Shown: piece by piece, positions 9,815-18,672 of the stretch
How positions within the stretch are numbered: the first letter of the stretch is position 1
Layout: the number at the start of each line of letters is the position of its first letter
Assembly (NCBI GenBank): GCA_965218435.1
Contig: CBDCKW010000009.1
Location: 2,560,001-2,624,000, forward strand
Direction of reading: 5' to 3'
Origin: Truepera sp.
GTDB lineage: Bacteria; Deinococcota; Deinococci; Deinococcales; Trueperaceae
DNA length: 64,000 nucleotides
The notes under the pieces: generated by a model
Told to the model about the DNA's origin: nothing
Seen by the model: only the letters and a program-made list of their open reading frames with translations
The model's database searches: none
Translations under genes and position numbers: made by a program

Positions 9815-11143
9815 TTACTGTTTGAGCTGGGCGAGCTGGTCAGCCAAAATCTGATTGGCGTTTTCGTTGACTTTGGCCAGCGTCTGCGCCACATCCGCTC
9901 CGTTCGTAATTTTAGCAGTGGCCTTTTCAACCTCGTCACGGACAAAATCGTAACCGGGTACGGGCGGCTCGGCTTGGCCGTACTCGAGCAGCTTAAAGGC
10001 GTCGGCGTAGCCGGGATTTTCGTTGAAGTAGGCTGTCATCCCGTTAGCGACACTTTTTCGTACCGGAAAGTAACCGGTAGCCTTAGCCCAACGTGCCTGT
10101 ACCTCGGGACTGGTGAAGTACTTGAGAAATATCCACGCGGCAACTTCTTGCTCCGGATTGTGTTTGGGGATGCTGACCGACGCGCCGTAAACGTTTTGTG
10201 ACGGCTTTGCGCCTTTATGCGGCAGCGCCCCGACGCTCCAGGAAAATTTCGCGCCGTCATCTACCGCGCTCGTGTAGTACGGCAATCCTGAGGTCGAACC
10301 GGTCGTAAAGAGCGTGCGCCCCGCGCCGAAGTCGGTCTGGTCGCCGTACTGCTCGGTCACCACCGTAATACAACCGTCATCAATTAGACCTTGCAAAAAG
10401 GTCATCGCCTCAGTCGTCGCGGGGCTGTCGTAGGTAAACTGATTAGTCTCGTTGTCGTAGATGTTACCGCCGAAGGCAAACGTCCAGGCCGCAACGTGTG
10501 AGGCGTCGGCGACGTCGAGTTCATAGCCGGTGCTGCTCCCGCCACCGGTCGCGCCGCTGAACGCGGTTTTCGAGGCGGCGCAGGTCATCTTACGGAACTC
10601 GTCGGGCGTTTGCGGCGGCCCGTCAAAACCGAGTTCTGTCAGCCAGTCGGTGTTGTAATAGAGCATCTCCATCGAACGGTTGGGCGGAAAACCGAGCCGC
10701 TCGTTGTTAAAGGTTGGAAAAACGTCTTGCTCCAAAAAGTTCGGATAGAAGTCGTTCAGGTCGGCTTTAGAAAGTCCCCATTTGCTGCTCTCGACGAGCG
10801 GCGTCATATCAACGAGGGCGTTCCCCAGCTGATAGGTAGCCGCTTGGTTTTGATAGGCCACTACCAAATCGGGCGCGGCGTCGGTATTAAGGAGCGGCAG
10901 CATCTTTTGGAAGAGGTCGCCGTAGTCCCCTTGGCCCGAAGCGGTGACGGTAATGCCGTACTCGTTCGAGTCGTTGAATTCTTTGACGATCTGGTTGAGC
11001 GTTTCCTCACGCTGGTCGCTAAAAGGATGCCAGTAGGTGATTTGCTGTCCACTCGGGTCAACGCCCTCGTAGTTGGTCGTTTGGGCCGTTGCAGTACCTA
11101 ACATGGTGGTCACAACGAGTGCAGTAGCAATCAATAATTTCAT
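9815..11143 (-). CDS. Carbohydrate ABC transporter substrate-binding protein (family 1, UgpB-like)
   Basis: Signal peptide, ITYWH, LYYNTDW, AAWIFLKYFTSPEVQARWAKATGYFP; AAAGGAG RBS. Confidence 0.9.
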   Translation of the reverse strand: MKLLIATALVVTTMLGTATAQTTNYEGVDPSGQQITYWHPFSDQREETLNQIVKEFNDSNEYGITVTASGQGDYGDLFQKMLPLLNTDAAPDLVVAYQNQAATYQLGNALVDMTPLVESSKWGLSKADLNDFYPNFLEQDVFPTFNNERLGFPPNRSMEMLYYNTDWLTELGFDGPPQTPDEFRKMTCAASKTAFSGATGGGSSTGYELDVADASHVAAWTFAFGGNIYDNETNQFTYDSPATTEAMTFLQGLIDDGCITVVTEQYGDQTDFGAGRTLFTTGSTSGLPYYTSAVDDGAKFSWSVGALPHKGAKPSQNVYGASVSIPKHNPEQEVAAWIFLKYFTSPEVQARWAKATGYFPVRKSVANGMTAYFNENPGYADAFKLLEYGQAEPPVPGYDFVRDEVEKATAKITNGADVAQTLAKVNENANQILADQLAQLKQ

Positions 11144-11254
11144 CTTTCTCCTTTCAAAGCTCGAGCTAAACCTTGATGTTTCAAACGGTAGTTCAGACGG
11201 TGGTTCTGACGGTCGCGCCCGTGGCTATCACAACGCCCTTACGTCATGACTTTA

Positions 11255-12160
11255 TCAGCCTTTGAGCCCGGAGGTGGCGATTCCTTCGGTAAACTGCTTT
11301 TGCGTAAAGAAGTAAAGAATCAAAACGGGAATGATGCTGATAACCGACGCGGCCATCAAGAGGTGCGTCTGCGTACCCGCTTCGCTCTGAAAGTTGTACA
11401 ACCCGACCATCAGCGGTCGCCAGGTGTTGTCGGTGGTGACCAAAAGCGGCCACAAAAATGAGTTCCACGAGGTCACAAAGGCAAAGAGTGTGACGGTTAA
11501 GAGCACCGGGCGGCTCATCGGGACGACGATGGTGATGAGAAACCGCAAGTGACCAGCCCCGTCGAGCTGCGCGGCGTCCCACAGCTCTCTAGGGAGCCGG
11601 GAAAAAAATTGCCGCAGTAAAAAGATCGAAAAGGCGCTGCCCATAAAGGGCACGGTCAGCGCCGGAAGCGTGTTAAACCAACTGCCCCAGGGGATGATGT
11701 CGCCGCGAACCAAAAGAAAGTTGGGAATAAAGGTCACGGTTTCGGGGATCATCAGGCTGGCAAGCAGCACCGTAAAGATGAGGTTACGGCCGGGAAACTC
11801 GATCCGGGCAAACGCGTAAGCGGCGAGCGTCGAGGTCACGAGCAGGCCTAGAAGCGTGACGCCCGTAATAATCACACTGTTAAGAAAGTAGCTTGCGAAA
11901 TCGGCGCGGTTCCACGCCTCGAGGTAATTGCCAAACTGCGGCGTACTCGGCACAAGTTTGCGGTTTAAGGTTTCACCGAGGGTCATCAGCGAGCTCGAGA
12001 GCATCCAGGCAAACGGCAACACGGCGAGCGCGGCGCTCAAGGTGAGGACGAGGTAGAGCGGAAGCTGAGACAAGCGAAACGGGGGCGCAGTACGTGTTGG
12101 AGCTTGGTTACCGGCGTCAGCAGCAGAGCTGTCTGTTAGTGTACCCAACGTTCTAGCCAT
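11255..12160 (-). CDS. Carbohydrate ABC permease (MalG/UgpE-like)
   Basis: EAA-type loop LPRELWDAAQLDGAG, WNSFLWPL, QKQFTEGIATSGLKG; start moved to ATG 12160 to avoid overlap. Confidence 0.92.
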   Translation of the reverse strand: MARTLGTLTDSSAADAGNQAPTRTAPPFRLSQLPLYLVLTLSAALAVLPFAWMLSSSLMTLGETLNRKLVPSTPQFGNYLEAWNRADFASYFLNSVIITGVTLLGLLVTSTLAAYAFARIEFPGRNLIFTVLLASLMIPETVTFIPNFLLVRGDIIPWGSWFNTLPALTVPFMGSAFSIFLLRQFFSRLPRELWDAAQLDGAGHLRFLITIVVPMSRPVLLTVTLFAFVTSWNSFLWPLLVTTDNTWRPLMVGLYNFQSEAGTQTHLLMAASVISIIPVLILYFFTQKQFTEGIATSGLKG

Positions 12161-12165
12161 ACGTT

Positions 12166-13308
12166 TCAACCATAAAAGACCCGCCGTCCTAACGCACGCT
12201 GCTGAAACAAGGTAAACCCTAAAATCAGCAAGAAGAGGATGATCGACTGCGCCGCCGCCAAGCTGAAGTTGTTCGAGCGGTAAAACGAATCGAAAATGAC
12301 CAGGCTCGCCGTGTCCACGCTGTCTTGCGCAAAAGGGGTACGCATCACGTAAAGGTGACTGAACGCCTGAAACGTTCCGATAAACCCCAGCAAAACGAGG
12401 TAAAAGGTGACCGGCGAGAGGAGCGGCAAGGTGACGTTCCAAAACCGGGCGGCGCTCCCGGCTCCGTCAATCTCGGCAGCTTCGTAAAGGTCTTGTGGGA
12501 TGTCGCCGAGACCGGCCAGAAAGACCACCACGTTCCAACCGACGTAGGTCCAGACGCCGAAGATAATAATCGTTACGAGCGCCTGACTCGGCCCGGCCCA
12601 AAGCCCCGGCAGCTCGAGCCCCCACAAGTCGGTAAGCGGGCGCGGTTCGGCCAGCCACGCCTGTGCCGGAAGCCCGAGCTGCGTCACCAGGGTGTTAGCG
12701 AGGCTGGTCTCCCTCGCTGAAAAGATCACGCCGAAAACCACCGCGCTCGCCACCAGCGGCGTGATGTACGGCAGAAAAAAGAGGATACGAAAAAGCGTCC
12801 GGCCCCGCAGCTGTTGGTGTAAGAGCACGGCTAAAAAGAGTGCCAGCGCAATCTGCAGAGGGATCGTACCGAAGGCGTAAAACAGCGTAATGACTAAGCT
12901 CGTCCAAAAGGTGTCGTCGCCAAGACGCATCATCTGCTGCCAACCGAGCGCGATACTCGTTCCGGCGATGAGCAGCGCGAAGACGGCCAAGAGTTTGGGG
13001 ATACGGCGCGAATCGTGCTTAAAGGCGTCCGTCCAGAGCCAATGAGCCACCAAAATCAGGGTCAACCCACCGAAAAAGGCGAGCGCGGCGGGCCACGAGC
13101 CGAACAGGTCGAAGTAGTGCTCCAACCCGATAAAGCTCCCCTTGCTCACGCGCCAATTGTAGAGACTCATATAAAACGAGTAGAGGATTGGCACGAGGCC
13201 GAAAACAGCGATCAAGAGCGTTGCCGGCACGATAAACAGATACCCCGTCAGGGCTTCACGCCGGTGACGCGAGGTGCGACGACCGCGAGGTGCGTTATGG
13301 GCGCTCAC
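12166..13308 (-). CDS. Carbohydrate ABC permease (MalF/UgpA-like)
   Basis: IPQDLYEAAEIDGAG EAA loop, multiple TM segments. Confidence 0.92.
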   Translation of the reverse strand: MSAHNAPRGRRTSRHRREALTGYLFIVPATLLIAVFGLVPILYSFYMSLYNWRVSKGSFIGLEHYFDLFGSWPAALAFFGGLTLILVAHWLWTDAFKHDSRRIPKLLAVFALLIAGTSIALGWQQMMRLGDDTFWTSLVITLFYAFGTIPLQIALALFLAVLLHQQLRGRTLFRILFFLPYITPLVASAVVFGVIFSARETSLANTLVTQLGLPAQAWLAEPRPLTDLWGLELPGLWAGPSQALVTIIIFGVWTYVGWNVVVFLAGLGDIPQDLYEAAEIDGAGSAARFWNVTLPLLSPVTFYLVLLGFIGTFQAFSHLYVMRTPFAQDSVDTASLVIFDSFYRSNNFSLAAAQSIILFLLILGFTLFQQRALGRRVFYG

Positions 13309-13388
13309 GCGTACGCCGTTACAGAAGACGCCACAAGCACGGTCTTAGGTGCGCTAGGTGGGACGGAAGAGACCAGCATCACAACTCA

Positions 13389-13431
13389 ATCATGACGAGC
13401 TTAGTAGGGTGATGTCAACATAATGTCAGCA
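13389..13431 (-). promoter_or_regulatory. Sigma70-like promoter of the sugar ABC operon, overlapped by an 11-bp-period direct repeat
   Basis: Minus strand TTGACA-N18-CATGAT; + strand ATGTCAACA (13412) and ATGTCAGCA (13423). Confidence 0.5.
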
Positions 13432-13525
13432 CATTTGAGTAACAGTGAAGGCGAGCAGCTACATAAATCACGACCGCTCACCGGCTACAGGTCGTCACTG
13501 CCAAAGAGTCGGGTACACTAGAGCC

Positions 13526-14701
13526 GTGTCCGGCCCCTCTAAACGCTCTGTCAAAACCTCTGCCAAACGTACCGCCAAACCCTCCCGCAAAGACTCACGC
13601 CCGGCGCCGAGACGACTAAAACAGCAGGCAAATCAGCGGCAAATAAACCAGAAACAAACAAAACAGGCTGCGAACCTAACCTACGAGGCCGAGGTGTTAC
13701 CGGGACTCGAGCCCTTTACGCTAACCGAACTTAAAGGGTTAAAAGGGGTGCAGCAGGTTAAGCAAGCAGAGGGCGCGGTTGCATTTCGTTTTGTGGGTGA
13801 CGCGGCGCGGCTGTTGGGCCTAAAGACGGTGACTTCAGTCTACGAAGTTCTGACCTTCGCCGTTCCCCGCCCCAAGGCGCTACTCGGACACGAACACCTC
13901 TCGAGGCTCACGAAGGCAGTTTCGGCGCTTCAGACCGGTCAGTTCAGCAGTTTTCGGCTGAGCGCCGCCGGGGACGACTCTATAGTATTTCGGCGGTTGG
14001 GCGAACAGCTCGCTCAAACAACCGGGTTGGTTCAGAGCGCAGGGACGCAAGACACCGACGGCGATCTGCTCGTCCGGGTACGGCGTGCGCCCGAAAATAG
14101 CTGGTCCGGGGGCGGCTGGGAAGTCCTATTACGCCTGACACCTCGCCCTCTCTCGGCGAGAGCGTGGCGCGTCTGCAACCTGCCGGGCGGCCTCAACGCG
14201 GCGCTGGCGGCGGTGATGGTCGGCCTCGCCGAGATTAGACCCGGCGAGCGTGTCTTCAATCCGATGTGTGGGAGCGGCACGCTGCTGGTCGAGGCGGGAC
14301 TCGGCGCGGAGCCGGACGCTATCACGCTAACGGGGTGCGATCAGGCTCCGGCGGCGCTGGCGTGCAGCGCCCAAAACGTAGCGGCGGCAGGGCTTTCCGC
14401 AGAGCTGTTTGAAGCCGACGCGACCACGACCGGACTCGCTGAAAACAGCGTAGACGTTTTTTTGAGCGACCCGCCGTGGGGCGACGCGGTGGGAACCCAT
14501 AAAGACAACGCGGCGCTCTATCCGGCGCTGTTAGCCGAATGCGCACGAATTGCCGCGCCGGGGGCACGTTTTGTCTTGTTGACTCATGAAATCAGGTTGC
14601 TCGAGCGCCTGCTAGAAAAGAGCGTTTGGCAACTCGAGACGCAGTTCCGGGTGTTTCACGGGGGGCACTATCCGCGGGTCTACCTGCTTAAAAAACCCTA
14701 G
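13526..14701 (+). CDS. THUMP/UPF0020 RNA guanine-N2 methyltransferase (TrmN/Trm14-like)
   Basis: NPMCGSGTL and SDPPWG motifs; start set at GTG 13526 after TACACT-N6. Confidence 0.75.
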   Translation: MSGPSKRSVKTSAKRTAKPSRKDSRPAPRRLKQQANQRQINQKQTKQAANLTYEAEVLPGLEPFTLTELKGLKGVQQVKQAEGAVAFRFVGDAARLLGLKTVTSVYEVLTFAVPRPKALLGHEHLSRLTKAVSALQTGQFSSFRLSAAGDDSIVFRRLGEQLAQTTGLVQSAGTQDTDGDLLVRVRRAPENSWSGGGWEVLLRLTPRPLSARAWRVCNLPGGLNAALAAVMVGLAEIRPGERVFNPMCGSGTLLVEAGLGAEPDAITLTGCDQAPAALACSAQNVAAAGLSAELFEADATTTGLAENSVDVFLSDPPWGDAVGTHKDNAALYPALLAECARIAAPGARFVLLTHEIRLLERLLEKSVWQLETQFRVFHGGHYPRVYLLKKP

Positions 14702-14823
14702 CTTCTGCAGACGTAACGGCCGAGCAAGCGTCGGCTCAACCTAGCTAAACAGGCTCAACCGTGCTAGAATCGTAAGGTTTTGACTCAGGGCTCATCAGTG
14801 GGGCTCTTGGGCGAGAGGTGAAT

Positions 14824-15051
14824 ATGGCAAAAGTATGTGCAATCTGTGGCAAAAAGCCCATCGTCGGTAATCAAGTTGTGCAGAGCGGTAAAGCCAAACG
14901 TGAAGGCGGCGTCGGTAAAAAAACGACCGGCATCACCAAAGTCTGGAAACAGCCTAATCTGCAACGCGTCAAAGTCTTTTCCGGGGGCCACGCCCGCGCG
15001 GCGCGCGTCTGCACCTCGTGTATCCGCTCAGGCCGGACCATCGGCGCGTAA
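14824..15051 (+). CDS. rpmB: 50S ribosomal protein L28 (Zn-ribbon form)
   Basis: CAICGKKP...[18 protein letters not shown]...PNLQ...[18 protein letters not shown]. Confidence 0.96.
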   Translation: MAKVCAICGKKPIVGNQVVQSGKAKREGGVGKKTTGITKVWKQPNLQRVKVFSGGHARAARVCTSCIRSGRTIGA

Positions 15052-15070
15052 ACGCGGCTGAGCCTAAGTT

Positions 15071-15093
15071 GAGAGCCCTGCGGGGCTCTTTTT
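15071..15093 (+). terminator. Rho-independent terminator after rpmB
   Basis: GAGAGCCC-tgcg-GGGCTCTT followed by TTT. Confidence 0.85.
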
Positions 15094-15099
15094 GATGGA

Positions 15100-15786
15100 C
15101 TAACCGTCTTTAAGCGGCGCAAGCCCCAGATGCAAAAGGTAACGCTGACGCCCGCCCCGGCGGTGGTAGCGCCCAATCAGGTCAACGAGTTCACCGAGCA
15201 GCGCCTTGGCGTCGCCGGGTTCTAGCCAAACTTCCGGCGACCAAAAGGGCAAAACCGACGGCGCTCCGGGGTGTAATGGGTCGAAGAGCGTATCGGGTCC
15301 ACCAGAAATGCGTGTCCGCACGTCAGACTCGTCTGCACGCCAGACCGTCAAGCCGATCTCTGTTTCTACTTGCGCCATAACATGAGCGACGTTTTGGTAA
15401 AAGAGCGTTTGCAGCGGCGTGTCTAGCTTTAAGAAAAGTGCTTCTACCGTCTCCGCCTGCGTCAGCGCAAACGGCACGTAAAATGCGTCCGCGACCGAGC
15501 GGTAAACCTTGAGCGTGCGCCCCGCACGCGGCATTTCACGCACGACTTCGAGTAACCCCGCCGCCTGCAATTGCCGCACGCGGTAAAGCAGGCTGTTGGG
15601 CGTCACGCCGAGTTCCCCGGCAGCCTGAGTCACGGTACAGTCACGCGCTAAAAAGGGCTCGAGGTAACGCTGCTTGAGCGGGTCGGTGAGCAGTTCGGCA
15701 GCCTCCGGCGTCGTGACGCTCAGAGGGCTAGATGACGAATTGGGTAGCGTGCTAGGTGAATCTGGGCCTTCCACCTCACCCAGCAT
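15100..15786 (-). CDS. Winged-helix (ArsR-like) transcriptional regulator
   Basis: TVTQAAGELGVTPNSLLYRVRQLQAAGLLEVVRE...KVYR helix-turn-helix; divergent from the serine hydrolase. Confidence 0.8.
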   Translation of the reverse strand: MLGEVEGPDSPSTLPNSSSSPLSVTTPEAAELLTDPLKQRYLEPFLARDCTVTQAAGELGVTPNSLLYRVRQLQAAGLLEVVREMPRAGRTLKVYRSVADAFYVPFALTQAETVEALFLKLDTPLQTLFYQNVAHVMAQVETEIGLTVWRADESDVRTRISGGPDTLFDPLHPGAPSVLPFWSPEVWLEPGDAKALLGELVDLIGRYHRRGGRQRYLLHLGLAPLKDG

Positions 15787-15838
15787 AACGCGCAGTCTGT
15801 TTCTGGAGCCGGTAGAGCCGGTGAAGGGAGAGCAAACT

Positions 15839-17194
15839 GTGTGGAACCTCAGCCGCAACTTAGACGCGCTCGTCAGGGCGCACGTCCAGCAAGGGACGTT
15901 TAGCGGGTGCGTGCTCGTGGCGCGGGGCGACAGGGCGGTGCTCCGTAAAGGCTACGGTAAAGCCAACCTCGAGCTTGGCGTCCCGGTCACCCGTGAGCAC
16001 GCGTTTCGTATCGGTTCTATCGCCAAGGTACTGACGGCCTCGGCTGTGTTGCGCTTGGCAGACGCGGGGCGGCTTGCGTTGGGAGACAGGCTGGAGGCGT
16101 ATTTACCGAATTTCCCCGACGCCCAAGACGTGACGCTCGAGCAACTGCTGTCCAATACGTCAGGAATCGCCGACCACATCACCCGTGAAGACGCCGCCGA
16201 GTGGTGCGGACGACCGCACACCCTGTCGGAACTGCTCGAGCTGATTGCTGAGACGCCGCGCCTCTTCGCGCCGGGTGAACGCTTTAGTTACAGCAACGCG
16301 AACTGGGCGCTGCTGGCCGCGGTGCTTGAAAGTGCGACCGGACGACCCTTTGCCAGGGCACTTGCAGACCTCGTACTGACGCCGCTGGGACTCACCCGAA
16401 CCACCGTAGGAACGGACAGTCCGCTCGTCCCAGGCGGCGTTTCGGGGTATCAGCTCGGTGAAGACGGCCTTCGTCCTGCCGCGCATCTTGACCTGTCCGT
16501 CGAGATCGGCGCGGGCGGACTCTACAGCACCGTGGATGACCTCTACCGGCTTAACAAAGTGCTTACCAAAGACGGTTTTCTAACACCTGAGACGCGTGGG
16601 CGTATGACGACGCCGGTTATCCAACCGGTTGAGCAGGGCGCGTCAGTGGGGTACGGCTACGGCGTGATGACCGGGCACAGGTTCGGGCGGCCGTGGTTAG
16701 GGCATAGTGGCGGCACCTTCGGGTTTAGCGCCTTTTTGACACACTATCCCGGTGCTGTGCCCCGTAACGACGTGACGATTATCGTACTTTCAAACCTCGA
16801 GAACGGAAGCGCCGCCGACCTCGAGCAGTCCTTAGCCGCCGCTCTGTTCGGCGAACCCTACAGCTTGCCGCGAGCCGCTCCTCAAGTTGAGGTATCCCGT
16901 GACGTGCTGGTAACTTACGTGGGGCGTTACCGAACCGAGTACGCGGGCCGCATTACCGACGCCCGTATTATCCTAGACGGTAGCTCAGACGGTGCGCGCC
17001 TCTATGTTCAGTTTCCGCTTTTACCGAAAGCGCGACTTGGGGCGCTCTCGGCGACCCGGTTTGAGGGGCGGCTCAAAGGGGGCAAGGTGAGCTTTGACTT
17101 CGTACTTGAAGCAGGACAGGTGACCGGCGTCAAGCTCGACTGGTCGGGTCAAAAGTTATTCGCACCGAGGCTCGAGGCCATAGAAAATGTTTAG
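15839..17194 (+). CDS. Beta-lactamase/PBP-family serine hydrolase with C-terminal accessory domain
   Basis: FRIGSIAK (SxxK), FSYSN (YxN), GHSGG; AAGGGAG RBS before GTG 15839. Confidence 0.9.
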   Translation: MWNLSRNLDALVRAHVQQGTFSGCVLVARGDRAVLRKGYGKANLELGVPVTREHAFRIGSIAKVLTASAVLRLADAGRLALGDRLEAYLPNFPDAQDVTLEQLLSNTSGIADHITREDAAEWCGRPHTLSELLELIAETPRLFAPGERFSYSNANWALLAAVLESATGRPFARALADLVLTPLGLTRTTVGTDSPLVPGGVSGYQLGEDGLRPAAHLDLSVEIGAGGLYSTVDDLYRLNKVLTKDGFLTPETRGRMTTPVIQPVEQGASVGYGYGVMTGHRFGRPWLGHSGGTFGFSAFLTHYPGAVPRNDVTIIVLSNLENGSAADLEQSLAAALFGEPYSLPRAAPQVEVSRDVLVTYVGRYRTEYAGRITDARIILDGSSDGARLYVQFPLLPKARLGALSATRFEGRLKGGKVSFDFVLEAGQVTGVKLDWSGQKLFAPRLEAIENV

Positions 17195-17282
17195 TAGATG
17201 TCCGGTAAGCGTCCGCTAGACGTTCGGCGTCGCCCCTAGCAGCACCCGTAGCGGCACCGAGGGTGCGTGCTAGACTCAGCAC

Positions 17283-18632
17283 GTGGCTGAAAAGAACAAC
17301 GCACGCAGCAAACGCGAAGCGGTCCGAAACCCAACCGCGTTTGAGGTAGTTTGGCGCAATGTCTGGGTCCGGGCCGTGGTGCAGCTCATGCTGCTTATCG
17401 GCGTGGTCTGGATTTTGATTCACTTTCGCGCTAACTACGCGTTTGCGCTGCAAACGGCGCTGATCGGCTTTGTCATCGCCTACATCTTAAACCCGCTGGT
17501 TGACGGGATGGGCCGCATCCGTATCCGCCGCGCTCCAGCGACGGTCATCGTTTACATCTTGATCATCTTGCTACTCGTCTTCGGTACCTATTTGCTCACG
17601 CAGATCGTGGGTCAGCTCGGACGGTTTGTCAACGCGGTGCCGCGAGCCATTGACGCGCTCAGGCCGCTGATTACCAACGCTTCAGACTTTTTTGCGAGCT
17701 GGCAGGAACGACTGCCGGGCTTTTTGACCGATAGCTTTGGCGTTGCTGCCGGGAACGCCAACGTTTCAAACGAAGTCGAAGCTAGAATTGTCGCACTCTT
17801 TGACCAGGCGTCAACCGGGCTTACCAATCTTTTAGAAAGCATCCTCAACGATGGGCCGGGGTTTTTACTCTCGGGTGCGACCGGGATTTTCTCAACCACG
17901 TTACAGGTTTTTTTGATTTTGGTAGCGAGCGCCTACTTTCTCAACGATTTTCCTAAGTTCATCGCCAACTTCAAACGCTTTATCCCGCTGCGTTACCGCG
18001 CTATCTACGAAGACATCGGCGAAAAAGCAGATTTAGCTGTTGGCGGCTACCTGCGCGGGCAGCTCCTTATCGCGCTCGTGCTAGGAATATTCCTCTATAT
18101 CGGCTTACGCTTAATTGGGATTAAGGTAGCGTTGGCGGTCAGCTTTTTGGCAGCGGTGCTAAACTTGGTGCCGTATCTCGGCTCGATTGTCGGGGCGATT
18201 CCGGCCATTTTGCTGGGGCTCACCACGCAGACGCCTTTTACCTCGGCGCTTTTGGTCATCATCTTGTTTATCGTTGCCAATCAGTTAGAGGGTAATCTGC
18301 TCTCCCCTTTTATCTTGTCGCGCTCGACGAACCTGCACCCGGTGACGGTTTTGATTGCCATCACCTTCGGCCTCGGGACGTTTGGCTTAGTCGGGGCCAT
18401 CTTTGCAGTGCCGACCGTGGCGCTCGGCAAGTTGGTGCTCGAGACCTACCTCCTTAAACGCCCCGCTTACACCGGTGCTGGGCCGGACGTAGAGGTCTAT
18501 CCACTCCAAAGCTCAGGCAACACCGCCCCAAACCCGGAGAAGCGTCCCCAGTCCCAAAACGCAAACGAAGAGACGCCTAACAAAGAGACGCCCAAATCCT
18601 CAGGCGAGTCCTCAGGCCGAAACACCGGCTAG
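17283..18632 (+). CDS. AI-2E (PerM) family transporter
   Basis: IAYILNPLV, GGYLRGQ, NLVPYLG, NQLEGNLLSP, LHPVTV motifs; leaderless TAGACT-N6-GTG. Confidence 0.92.
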   Translation: MAEKNNARSKREAVRNPTAFEVVWRNVWVRAVVQLMLLIGVVWILIHFRANYAFALQTALIGFVIAYILNPLVDGMGRIRIRRAPATVIVYILIILLLVFGTYLLTQIVGQLGRFVNAVPRAIDALRPLITNASDFFASWQERLPGFLTDSFGVAAGNANVSNEVEARIVALFDQASTGLTNLLESILNDGPGFLLSGATGIFSTTLQVFLILVASAYFLNDFPKFIANFKRFIPLRYRAIYEDIGEKADLAVGGYLRGQLLIALVLGIFLYIGLRLIGIKVALAVSFLAAVLNLVPYLGSIVGAIPAILLGLTTQTPFTSALLVIILFIVANQLEGNLLSPFILSRSTNLHPVTVLIAITFGLGTFGLVGAIFAVPTVALGKLVLETYLLKRPAYTGAGPDVEVYPLQSSGNTAPNPEKRPQSQNANEETPNKETPKSSGESSGRNTG

Positions 18633-18672
18633 ACACGGACGGGTCAGGGCAGACTTGGGGGTAAACTAGGGC

